A DNA stretch of 64,000 nt from Spirochaetia bacterium (lineage in GTDB: Bacteria; Spirochaetota; Spirochaetia; CADAEX01), in NCBI GenBank assembly GCA_963662265.2, contig CAXXHA010000001.1, positions 160,001-224,000 of the forward strand. Reading direction: 5' to 3'. The notes under the pieces were generated by a model. The model ran no database searches. It had not been told where the DNA came from and saw only the letters and a list, made by a program, of their open reading frames with translations. Numbering within the stretch: the stretch's first letter is position 1; the number at the start of each line of letters is the position of its first letter. The position numbers and the translations under genes were made by a program. Shown here in pieces: positions 42,384 through 52,149 of the stretch.

Positions 42384-43277
42384 ATGAACTGTAAAAATAT
42401 TTTATTAAAACCTCATATAAAAAATCTATTCTTCCTACTGCTACTTTTAAATATTTCAGTCAATAACATAATATCAGACACCCTTGTATACAGCAGAACC
42501 AGTGATACAGAACCATGGACCCCCTATATTAAAGAGCTCATTACAGAAGCCCTGAAGGCGCAGGAGCCTTTTCAGGATTACATTCTCAAACCGTCAAAAG
42601 AGATAATGGTACAGAAAAGAGCAATGGAAAGACTGAGAGCTGGAAATGAAATTAATATATTCTGGACAATGACATCACAGGAACGGGAACAAAATATTTT
42701 TGTTTTACGTATACCGCTTTTAAGGGGATGCCTCGGAAAACGGTTAATTGTAATCAGAAAAAATGATAAATGGAAATTCAATTCATTTAAGACACTTAAT
42801 GATTTTAAAAAAATATCTTTCGGACAGGGACATGACTGGCCTGATGCTGATATCCTTGAAAATGCAGGTCTGAAAGTAATAAGAAGTATTGCCTATATAC
42901 ATGAAAACCTGATGAAAATGCTTGATTCCGGCCGCTTTGACGCCCTGCCTCTCGGAATGATTGAAATATGGGAAGAAGTCGCAAAAAGGCCCCAGTTTGC
43001 CCTGATGGTTTCTCCCGATATAATTTTATCTTATAATGCACCTGTATTTATTTTTTTAAATCCGTCAGAAAAAGTGTTACAGGAAAAACTGGAAAAAGGA
43101 TTTGATAAAATCATAAAAAACGGAGTATTTGAAAAAATATTCAACAAGCATTATCAGGATATTATCCAGAAAGCGGATCTTCAGAATAAAATCATAATTA
43201 AAATTGAAAATCCCTATATGAGTGAAGAGTCGCGTAATGCAATGAATAATTACTCATCAATACTTATTATAAAGTAA
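42384..43277 (+). CDS. periplasmic solute-binding protein (orphan)
   Basis: Signal peptide, WTMTS.ERE, IPLLRG.LG.R, GQG.DWPD..IL, ML..GRFD motifs. Confidence 0.75.
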   Translation: MNCKNILLKPHIKNLFFLLLLLNISVNNIISDTLVYSRTSDTEPWTPYIKELITEALKAQEPFQDYILKPSKEIMVQKRAMERLRAGNEINIFWTMTSQEREQNIFVLRIPLLRGCLGKRLIVIRKNDKWKFNSFKTLNDFKKISFGQGHDWPDADILENAGLKVIRSIAYIHENLMKMLDSGRFDALPLGMIEIWEEVAKRPQFALMVSPDIILSYNAPVFIFLNPSEKVLQEKLEKGFDKIIKNGVFEKIFNKHYQDIIQKADLQNKIIIKIENPYMSEESRNAMNNYSSILIIK

Positions 43278-43448
43278 ACAAGTTAAAACTGAAAAAGACT
43301 GATATGCAGCCATATATATTCCTGCGGCAAAAACACTATCTATACAAACAATATTCAGCAATAAAATAATTTAATCTTCCTGAATAATGAGCTGTACATT
43401 AAATAGTTTATTACAAAATTACTTCTGAAACAAATTATCAGATTCTTT

Positions 43449-43853
43449 CTAAAAGGTTAATACAGAATTATGAGAAATGATTTTTTCGATTTTTAATTCG
43501 ATTTTATCTTCAGGAGCATAACACACTGTGATATTTTTTTCCTTTTCTCCTATGAGTGCAGTTCCAAGGGGTGATAAAATTGATATTCTTGATCCGTCCT
43601 GTGATGTTTGCGAGGGGAAAACAACTGTAACCATTTCGGTTTTACCGGTTTTTATATTTTTAAAAATTACAGTTGAATTAATCCGAACAACATCAGTCAG
43701 TGATTCACAGTCATCAACAACCTGGGCATTTCCAAGTTCTTCAGCAAGCTGCCTTAAATTTTTGGATTTCAGTCTGTTGGATTTTTTATATACGCTGATT
43801 ATATGAACCAGTTTTTTATAATCATCTTCGGTCAGTTTTATAATTTTACCCAT
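43449..43853 (-). CDS. GreA/GreB-family protein, Rnk-like
   Basis: Short N-terminal helix, L.EEL..A, DVVRINSTV, VVFP, ISILSPLGTALIG motifs. Confidence 0.85.
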   Translation of the reverse strand: MGKIIKLTEDDYKKLVHIISVYKKSNRLKSKNLRQLAEELGNAQVVDDCESLTDVVRINSTVIFKNIKTGKTEMVTVVFPSQTSQDGSRISILSPLGTALIGEKEKNITVCYAPEDKIELKIEKIISHNSVLTF

Positions 43854-43946
43854 AATTACAGCTTTGCCTCCTCATGATGATACTGTAATATAGGCGTAAT
43901 AAAACTGCAGAACAACCGGAAAAAAACAGAAATATTTTCTACATGT

Positions 43947-44762
43947 TTAGTACATGTTCCTCAGATACATTATCAGATTTATATTTTTTCCGTTTATACC
44001 AAGCTTTTTCCGTATTGTATTTCTATGCCGTTCAACAGTCTGGGGAGCAATATTAAGCAGCATTGCTATTTCTTTTGTAGAAGTACCGTTTTTTATCAGT
44101 GTACAGATTTCAACTTCCCTCGGAGTTAGTCGTTCAAAGACACCCTTGAGATTACTTTTTAACGAACCTGACAGGGATTCCAGCTGGAGTTTAATCTGAT
44201 TAATAAGGCCAGTCTGTCTGGGAGAAAGAAAGGAATTTTCAAGTTCACATATCAGAGGAAAAATCTGTGTTTCTGCAATATTTTTTATCGAGTTTATATA
44301 TTCTTCCCTGTCCTGATCAATCTGAAAAAGGATTTCTTTAAGAGCTGAATTCTTGGTTTTAAGCTCTTCTGTTTTTTCTTCAAGCTTTTTATAATAGTTT
44401 TCCTTCAGCAGCGCATTTGATAAAAGTGAAGCGGCAGAGATAACCAGCTTTTTCTCCCGTTCAACAAATTCTGAAGGAGGATCATACCATATACATATTT
44501 TAATAGTCTCATAATTATCTATAACGGATTCCGCGCAGAAAGCACCGGAACAAGGGTTTTCCCTGCCATAGAGACATTCACCATTTCCGGACAATATACT
44601 TACATTTGATATTTCCGGATAAGTCATGGCCCTTGCAAGAGAATCAGCAAATTCTGCAAGCAGTTTTCTGTCATCTGGCCTTCCACTTACAAGCAATGCT
44701 GCTATTTCATAGAGACAATCAAGTTCCTTTTTCCTTTCTATCAAGTCATCATAGATGTTCAT
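43947..44762 (-). CDS. LuxR-type HTH regulator with N-terminal GAF-like / coiled-coil region
   Basis: ERKKELDCLY N-terminus; LTPREVEIC..I..G.STKEIA..L.I...TV..HRNTIRKKLG. Confidence 0.88.
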   Translation of the reverse strand: MNIYDDLIERKKELDCLYEIAALLVSGRPDDRKLLAEFADSLARAMTYPEISNVSILSGNGECLYGRENPCSGAFCAESVIDNYETIKICIWYDPPSEFVEREKKLVISAASLLSNALLKENYYKKLEEKTEELKTKNSALKEILFQIDQDREEYINSIKNIAETQIFPLICELENSFLSPRQTGLINQIKLQLESLSGSLKSNLKGVFERLTPREVEICTLIKNGTSTKEIAMLLNIAPQTVERHRNTIRKKLGINGKNINLIMYLRNMY

Positions 44763-45079
44763 ATGATCATAGTATTACAGATTTTTGCAAATAAATCATC
44801 CTCATATAAGAGGTGTATTATCAGATATAACTTCTGTTTTTTAACTTTTTATACCAAAACAGGGCGGAAATTACATATTGACTTTCCCCATGCAATGTAC
44901 TATATATATAATATAAGGTATATATGATTTTTATAAGTATAATACTTATTAAAAGATATAACTAAATTTTATTGTAAATATGTAGGGATTTATCAGGCAA
45001 ATGCATGAGTAAATCCTGTATGTAATTGTTCATTGATTACAAAATCGTTACAAAATTTATTTTACAAGGAGATTAATCG

Positions 45080-45319
45080 ATGAAGAAAAACACAATTATA
45101 TCTATTTACACTATAGCAACAAGAATTGCTTTACCATCAATAATCCTGCTGCTCGTATCATTCTATTTCATGGCAATAAACGAATATAAACCAGTATTTG
45201 CTCAGCTTATATTGATTGTCAGTATAATTGAAGCTGTTTTAATATTCATCCTGGAAAAATTACGCAGCTCATTTATAAAGGAAATAAAAATAGCAGAATG
45301 GGTTGAATTAAACTACTGA
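45080..45319 (+). CDS. small membrane protein (2 predicted TM helices)
   Basis: 79 aa, AAGGAG RBS, TTGACT-N17-TATATA promoter candidate at 44878-44906, long hairpin after the stop. Confidence 0.65.
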   Translation: MKKNTIISIYTIATRIALPSIILLLVSFYFMAINEYKPVFAQLILIVSIIEAVLIFILEKLRSSFIKEIKIAEWVELNY

Positions 45320-45335
45320 TTCTATCCGGTAAAAC

Positions 45336-45382
45336 TAAGAGTATGAACATTATAAATATGATCTATAATGTTCATACTCTTA
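45336..45382. terminator. 19-bp perfect inverted repeat between convergent genes
   Basis: TAAGAGTATGAACATTATA-N9-TATAATGTTCATACTCTTA. Confidence 0.7.
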
Positions 45383-45497
45383 AAAAACAGTTTTTATATT
45401 GTTTAATGTATTTAAAGCTGAAACTCTAAAAAAGAGACGAAAGAGTGGAGGCGGTAAATAAACTGAAATATATGGATCTTAATCTATAACATGTTTT

Positions 45498-46256
45498 TTA
45501 CCTTTTCAAATAAAAATCAATAATATCATCAATTTTATCCCTGTTCCTGTTAAGAGAATTCTGAAACTCTTTTATTATTTCATCAGGTATATTTTTATTA
45601 AATCCAAAATAAGCTTCAGTTTCTTTTAATACATAAACCATTTCAAAATCATCAGCACTGTAACCGGCATTTACTGCATCTTCATAAAATGATATTTCAA
45701 ACGAACCTGCAAGATCAATTCTCCCCGCTTTCAGTTTTCTTAAATTATGGATATTTTTACTTGAACTTTCCTTTCTTCCTTTAAAGCCTTTTTGAATTAT
45801 AATTTCTTCAACAATATCCTTATTGATTGTTCCGATTATGTAGGAATTTAAATCATCAAAATTTTTAATCACAATGGAACGGCTTTTCAGTGCAAATACA
45901 CCAAACCTCAGCTTTGCAAACGGGCCGACCCATTTACAAATATTCTCTCTTTCCGATGTCCTTACAATTCCAATTAATACTGATTTTTCATCATTTTCAA
46001 GATTGTTTAAAGCACGTGCCCATGGATAGATCTTTATCTGCTGGTCAGGAATTCCAAGATCTTCCCAGATCAATCTTAATATATCTACAGATATTCCCTT
46101 TGTTAAACCTTTTTCTTCAAAAATGAATGGCTTATTGTCATTACCCATATAGTTTAAATCATTCAGCAATTCCTCTGAGTTACTGAATAGAACTGGATAT
46201 AAAAAAAAGATCAGAAAAAGAAACATATAAAAATAGCAGCAGTGCCGATTTTTCAA
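45498..46256 (-). CDS. solute-binding protein family 3 (orphan)
   Basis: Probable TTG start after GGAG (the ORF extends to 46307). KPF.F, G.SVDI, YPWARA, RT.ERE...KWVGP, GRIDL motifs. Confidence 0.85.
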   Translation of the reverse strand: MKNRHCCYFYMFLFLIFFLYPVLFSNSEELLNDLNYMGNDNKPFIFEEKGLTKGISVDILRLIWEDLGIPDQQIKIYPWARALNNLENDEKSVLIGIVRTSERENICKWVGPFAKLRFGVFALKSRSIVIKNFDDLNSYIIGTINKDIVEEIIIQKGFKGRKESSSKNIHNLRKLKAGRIDLAGSFEISFYEDAVNAGYSADDFEMVYVLKETEAYFGFNKNIPDEIIKEFQNSLNRNRDKIDDIIDFYLKR

Positions 46257-46440
46257 CTTATTTCTCCAATTCAAACTGTTTATAATAATTATTATACTAT
46301 TCAGCACAATAAAAACAAACAGCAGATGCTTTTTTTATGATGGACAAGTTAAACAGACAAAAAAAGAATAATTTTCATTTGTCTGAAATCAGGCAATAGA
46401 TTATTTCCGCATAAACTGACATAATACAGGCAATAAAATA

Positions 46441-46516
46441 CAATTAACATATATGTCCGGGGAAACGGCCTGGATGTTTCTACCCTGCACCAGATTCTGC
46501 AGGACTATGATAATTG
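46441..46516 (+). ncRNA. purine riboswitch aptamer, guanine/hypoxanthine type
   Basis: P1 CAATTA-A-CATA / TATG-A-TAATTG; J1/2 TAT; P2 GTCCGGG/CCTGGAT with L2 GAAACGG; J2/3 GTTTCTAC; P3 CCTGCA/TGCAGG with L3 CCAGATTC; J3/1 AC (C at the discriminator). Lies upstream of a purine permease. Confidence 0.9.
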
Positions 46517-46625
46517 AACCTGATCAATCTCATTATCAGTTTCTATAATTCAAGATTCCATACACCAAAGAACCCGGAACTATAAGTTCATTGTATTTTT
46601 AATTTTTTTACACCAAGGAGTTTCT

Positions 46626-47915
46626 GTGTTAGAAAGAATCTTTAAGTTATCAGAAAGAAACACTGATATAAAAACAGAAGTAGTTGCAGGGATAACTACT
46701 TTCATGACAATGGCCTATATTTTAATTCTCCAGCCTCTTTTCATGTCCAAGGCAGGTATGGATTTCGGCGCGGTTACAGTTGTAACAATTCTGCTTACTT
46801 CTGTATTTACATTATTCATGGCTTTTTATACAAACCTGCCGTTTGCACTTGCACCTGCAATGGGAAGTAATGCGTTCCTCGCCTTTACACTTGTACTCGG
46901 CGGCATTGTCTCCTGGCAGACTGCTATAGGAATGGTATTTATTTCAGGAACAGCATTCCTGCTTCTTACGGTTCTCGGATTGAGAGAAGTTATTGTAAAG
47001 ATGATTCCCAAAAGCCTTAAGCTTGCAATAGGAGCACTTGTAGGTTTCTTTATTGTTCTCCTTGGTTTCAAGAGTGCAGGCTTCATGTCTTTCACAGACA
47101 GGGGTTTTTCTATAGGTGATCTGGGAACACCGAATGCAGTTCTTGCCCTTATTGGTATTGCTATCGTAGTTGTTCTCATGGCAAACAGGATTAAAGGCGC
47201 ACTGCTCATAAGCATCATAATAACAACAATTGTGGGTATACCTATGGGGATTACAAAAGTACCTGAAAGTTTTGTTACCCTCCCCCCTTCCATAGCTCCG
47301 ATAGCTTTTAAACTTGATATTGCCGGCGCACTGAAATGGTCTCTATTCCCCTTCATTTTTACTTTTTTTGTCGGTGATTTCTTTTCCACACTGGGAACAC
47401 TTCTCGGAGTTTCTGCAAAGGCCAGGCTTCTTGATGAAAAAGGAAATCTCCCGAATATAAATAAACCGTTTTTAGTTGATGCTGTAGCAACTGTTGTAGG
47501 GGCGCTTATGGGATCATCAGTTATAACAACTTATATTGAATCTGCTGCCGGCGTAGAGGAAGGGGGAAGAACAGGCCTTACAGGTGTTGTAACTGCAACC
47601 TGCTTTCTCCTGACACTGTTCCTGACTCCGGTCGCTGCAATGATTCCAGGTGTTGCAACTGCTCCTGCACTGATTATTATCGGCCTTTTCATGATGTCAG
47701 GCCTAAAAGATATCAACTTTGCTGATTTTTCAGAATCATTTCCTCCGTTTGCTGCTATACTATTCACAACATATACTGCAAGCATATCAAACGGTATCAG
47801 TGTTGGTATACTCTCATATGCATTTATAAAACTTGTTACAGGTAAATTCAGGGAAGTCCACTGGGGGCTTTACCTCCTGTGTGTTCCGCTTGTTTACTAT
47901 TTTATAATTCTGTAA
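46626..47915 (+). CDS. NCS2 / AzgA-family purine permease
   Basis: FKLSE..T.IKTEVVAGITTFMTMAYI, LAPAMG.NAF, TTYIESAAGV.EGGRTGLT, ATAPALI motifs. Confidence 0.95.
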   Translation: MLERIFKLSERNTDIKTEVVAGITTFMTMAYILILQPLFMSKAGMDFGAVTVVTILLTSVFTLFMAFYTNLPFALAPAMGSNAFLAFTLVLGGIVSWQTAIGMVFISGTAFLLLTVLGLREVIVKMIPKSLKLAIGALVGFFIVLLGFKSAGFMSFTDRGFSIGDLGTPNAVLALIGIAIVVVLMANRIKGALLISIIITTIVGIPMGITKVPESFVTLPPSIAPIAFKLDIAGALKWSLFPFIFTFFVGDFFSTLGTLLGVSAKARLLDEKGNLPNINKPFLVDAVATVVGALMGSSVITTYIESAAGVEEGGRTGLTGVVTATCFLLTLFLTPVAAMIPGVATAPALIIIGLFMMSGLKDINFADFSESFPPFAAILFTTYTASISNGISVGILSYAFIKLVTGKFREVHWGLYLLCVPLVYYFIIL

Positions 47916-47936
47916 TATTTCAGCTTCAAACTTCAT

Positions 47937-48000
47937 AAGCTGCCCTACGCCGGATAAATTTCATATTCTTCTTAGCATCAGGCTGTACGGCAGCTTTTTT
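47937..48000 (+). terminator. large-loop hairpin with U tract between the permease and ade
   Basis: AAGCTGCCCTACGCC...GGCTGTACGGCAGCTTTTTT. Confidence 0.4.
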
Positions 48001-48054
48001 CACAGAAAAATAAAAACGATTTATAAAATTAAAAATCAGTTACAGGAGATAACT

Positions 48055-49842
48055 ATGAAAATACTACCAGCTAACAAGGAAAAACTCATTGATGCTGCAA
48101 TCGGAAAAATACCATGCGATTTAGTTATAACCAATGCAAAAATTGTAAATGTCATAACAGGGGAAATATACAGCGGAAGCATAGGGATATATGACAAACA
48201 TATTGCTCATATACATTGCGATCCTGATAACCTGAAAAGAGAAGAAAAGAAACTGGAAGCAGGGAAATATTATGATGCAGGGGGGGAATACATTATTCCG
48301 GGATTGATAGATGCCCATGTGCATATAGAAAGTTCCATGCTGACTCCCCGCCATTTTGCCGAGGCAGTTATTCCCCACGGGACAACAACTGTAGTGACCG
48401 ATCCTCATGAAATTGCCAATGTCTGCGGAATTAACGGAGTCAGGTATATGCATGAAAGCAGCAAAGACCTTCCAATGCGGCAGTTTATCCTTGCCCCTTC
48501 ATGTGTACCTGCAGTGCCCGGAAGGAAAATGCGGGAGCTGAATTCTTTGCTGATGACATGAAGGAAATGCTTGAAATGGAGCGGGGTCACAGGACTTGCA
48601 GAAGTAATGGATTTTCAGGGTGTGATAAACAATGACAGGCGAATGGTTGATATTCTCAGGGTTTTCGAGGACAGGGATCTTTTCATGCAGGGACACCTCC
48701 CGCATGTAAGCGGAAGAGATCTTTCAGCTTATGCTGCCGCAGGTCCTAACAGCGATCATGAAAGCAGGACAGGCCAGGAAGCAAGAGATAAAATGCGGGC
48801 AGGAATATTTGTCGATGCAAGGGAAAGTTCCATAAGTAAAAATGTCTCCGATATAGTCAATAATATAAAGGATTTCAGGTATCTGGATTTCCTGACCCTG
48901 TGTACAGATGACAGGGAACCTGAGGATATACTTAAGAAAGGGCATATGAATGATGTTGTCAGGACAGCAATAGAAGCAGGCCTTAATCCTGTTGATGCAA
49001 TCAGGAGCGCTACTCTGAACACAGCAAGGGAACTGGGAATAAAGAATATGGGAGCTATTGCCCCCGGCTTTATTGCAGATCTTGTTCAGTGTAAATCGCT
49101 GGAAGACCTGAAACCTTCAGCAGTTTTTTTTTGAAGGGAAACTTGTTGCTGAAAACAACATGTTAGTAGAAAGGATTGAAGAAAAGAAATATGAAATTGA
49201 AGATAGCAATACTATCTTTGTCGAAAAACTGAAGAAGGAAGATTTCAGGATAAAGGCACCGGTGAAAACGGGGAGATTGAGACAACAATAATTTCATATA
49301 TTGACCATGTAGTTTCTGTTACTAATTTTGAAACTGTAAAACTTCCAGTCATAAACGGATACCTTGATATATCACAGCACAGGGACCTTAATTATGCGAT
49401 TGTAATCAACAGGCATAAAAACCATGAAACAAAAGCCCTGGCAATTGTCAGGAATTTCGGAACATCCCGAGGAGCGGTGGGAAGTACTGTTTCCCATGAC
49501 AGCCACAATATGACAATTGTCTATGATAATCCTGAAAATGCATATCTTGTTTATCAGGATCTTGTTGAAATGAAGGGGGGCATGAGCTGTGCCGTGGATA
49601 AAAAAACAGAGGCAAATCTCCAGCTTTCTGTGGCAGGACTGCTCTCAACAAAACCATGCAGAGAACTGGCCAAAGAAGCAGGCCTTATGAAAAAGGCATT
49701 GAGGGAGCTTGGACTTACAGAAATTTCAAACCCCCTTCTGAGGATTGTTACACTTGCACTCCCAGTAATTCCATCTGCAAAAATGTCAGACCTCGGGATG
49801 GTAGATGTACTGAAACAGGAAATAATTCCGTTGTTTAAATAA
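48055..49842 (+). CDS. ade: adenine deaminase (about 4 frameshifts near 48522, 48585, 49130, 49270)
   Basis: PGLIDAHVHIESS, DPHEIANV, APSCVP, GLAEVM, SDHE, CTDD, GAIAPG.IAD, STVSHDSHN motifs. Confidence 0.92.
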
Positions 49843-49890
49843 TTAAAAATAATCAGACCTGCAATAAAGATACAGAATATATATCCCAAA

Positions 49891-49936
49891 ATAAACAGGA
49901 GGGATCACAGTTTTTCCTGCAATCTCTCCTGTTTAT
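49891..49936. terminator. bidirectional terminator between ade and the EIIC-EAL gene
   Basis: ATAAACAGGAGGGAT...ATCTCTCCTGTTTAT. Confidence 0.65.
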
Positions 49937-49944
49937 CTCATCTG

Positions 49945-52086
49945 TTAATTGTTATTTGATATGTCTGCAACTGTTTTATTCATACTCTTTTTTGTATATT
50001 TTATAAAATCCGGAAGTGATAATGGAGGTGAATACAGGTACCCCTGATATTTTGAACATCCTATATTCTTCAGTATATTTTTCTGCTCTTCGTTTTCCAC
50101 ATATTCAGCAATTACATCAAAATCAAGAGATTTCCCGAGATCAACAATTGATTTAATAATATCAAGGCTTCTTTCATTCGTCATAAGCTTTCTGACAAGA
50201 GATCCGTCAAGCTTCACATAATCGAATTTATTACTCTGAAGATACACAAGCGATGTGTGCCCGGTACTGAAGTCATCAATTGCCAGTTTTATTTTATTGT
50301 CACGCAGGATGGCAAAAGCTTCTGAAAGATGCCCCTGGTCCTTCAGCTCACATTCTTCTGTCAGTTCTATCCCGAAAGTATTATCAATAATATTTCTTTC
50401 CTTTACTTTTCCTATAATTCTTTTTATAAGATCAAGATTGTTTAACTGTGCGGAATCTATATTTATTGAAATACTGATTCTTTTCCCGAATTCACTGTTT
50501 ATTAAACTTGTATCATTTATAGCTTTTTCAATAATGCAATCTGTAAGACTAGAAAAGCTTTCATCCTCTTTTGCAATCTCAAGAACAAGGGGAGGAAAAA
50601 TATATTCCAGATTCAGATATTTCCAGCGGAGAAGTGCTTCTGCTGCCACAATCTGTCCGGAATTATCATGCTGCGGCTGGTAGAATAATTCAATTTCCTT
50701 TTTCTCAATTGATTTTCGCAGTTCAAAGGCAAGCTCTTTGGCTGCTTTTGACAGGTAATCATTCCGGCTGAACAACGCAGGACTGCACCCCTTGTCAAGA
50801 GTTATTTTAACATGATCCGACATCTCTTTAACAAGATGGGCTGTTTTAATACCATGTAACCTGTTACCGAGAATTATGAAGGGAGCATAAATAAAGATCC
50901 CGACAGTAATTATAAAAACCTGAAGAAGAAGTCCCCGTATTGAACCGGTAGCAATAAATCCGCTGAAAAATACAGGTGTAGTCCAGGCTACGCTTCGAAC
51001 AACAGCTGGAACAAGACCGCTGATAACAGCAACATATGAAACAGAAAAAGAAACAAGAGGAGTAAGTATAAACGGGATAAACATAAGCGGATTAAGGACA
51101 ATTGGAAGTCCGAAAACCAGTATCTCATTAATATTGAAAAGGACAGGGATAAGAGCACATTTCCCCAGAGATTTCTGTACCTTGAGTTTCGAGAATAAAA
51201 AAATAGATATTATTAAACATATGGATGTACCGCATCCGCCCATCAGAACAAACACATCAAAAAAAGTCTTGATAATAACTTCGCCATGAATATCATTAAA
51301 TACTGTGAGATTAACTGTTTCAAAAGCATTGCTTCCATGGATTCCGAAAAACCATAAAAGAGATTGCATAAACAGGATCAGAAGACCGCTCCAGACAGAT
51401 CTTCCCAGTTTTTCAAACGGAGCTACAAAAAGCTTTGCTATAATTTCATTTAAACCAGCAACATCAAAAACAGCTTTTATCAACAGCGAGGTAACGGCAA
51501 ATATGGAAATTGTCAGCATCATTGGAAGAAGTGTTCTCAAAGCTGTTCTGTAGTCAATATCAATACTGAACTCAGTAAAATCAAAAAAAGCAGAAGTCTT
51601 TCTGAACAGGAACAGGAATAACCTGGCCGACAGAACAGAGCAGACAAGGGCACTGAAAATACTCTGAACATTCAAACCTGTTAACAGTATTACCTGCTGA
51701 CTGGCATTATTATTCATAATCTCAGGTTTAATACCAAGGATTGAAATATATGATGCTATGGCAACAATACAGGACAGGATATTCAGTATCCCTGTTTGCT
51801 GAATAATATTTGATGAATATTTATATGTAACAGTAATCAGCAGGAATACCGAGGCAAGACCGAATGTTGATTCATATAAAAGGTTCAGAAACATTGACAG
51901 TCTTCCATTCCAGAAAGTATTTATAAAATCCTGGAAAGATGGAACAGGAAAGTTTAATATCATGAGAGCTATTGCACCGGTCATGAAAACCGGCATCATC
52001 ATAATGAATCCCTGCCTTATACTTACAAGGACAGTGCTTTGCTCAAGCTTGAGAAAACAATTATAGATAATGTTATTATTTTTCAT
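49945..52086 (-). CDS. PTS EIIC (Lac/Cel family) - EAL phosphodiesterase fusion
   Basis: EIIC: SIRQGF..MP, LLWFFGIHG, MGGCG, FNINE.LVFGLPIVLNP, WTTP. EAL: FYQPQ, EALLRW, IELTE, AIDDFSTG, KLDGS, VIAEYVE, QGYLYS. Confidence 0.92.
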   Translation of the reverse strand: MKNNNIIYNCFLKLEQSTVLVSIRQGFIMMMPVFMTGAIALMILNFPVPSFQDFINTFWNGRLSMFLNLLYESTFGLASVFLLITVTYKYSSNIIQQTGILNILSCIVAIASYISILGIKPEIMNNNASQQVILLTGLNVQSIFSALVCSVLSARLFLFLFRKTSAFFDFTEFSIDIDYRTALRTLLPMMLTISIFAVTSLLIKAVFDVAGLNEIIAKLFVAPFEKLGRSVWSGLLILFMQSLLWFFGIHGSNAFETVNLTVFNDIHGEVIIKTFFDVFVLMGGCGTSICLIISIFLFSKLKVQKSLGKCALIPVLFNINEILVFGLPIVLNPLMFIPFILTPLVSFSVSYVAVISGLVPAVVRSVAWTTPVFFSGFIATGSIRGLLLQVFIITVGIFIYAPFIILGNRLHGIKTAHLVKEMSDHVKITLDKGCSPALFSRNDYLSKAAKELAFELRKSIEKKEIELFYQPQHDNSGQIVAAEALLRWKYLNLEYIFPPLVLEIAKEDESFSSLTDCIIEKAINDTSLINSEFGKRISISINIDSAQLNNLDLIKRIIGKVKERNIIDNTFGIELTEECELKDQGHLSEAFAILRDNKIKLAIDDFSTGHTSLVYLQSNKFDYVKLDGSLVRKLMTNERSLDIIKSIVDLGKSLDFDVIAEYVENEEQKNILKNIGCSKYQGYLYSPPLSLPDFIKYTKKSMNKTVADISNNN

Positions 52087-52149
52087 AAAAAGCTCCCGTT
52101 GTAATACTGAATAAATATTAAAAGCTGGTTCAAGATAAAATATATAAAA

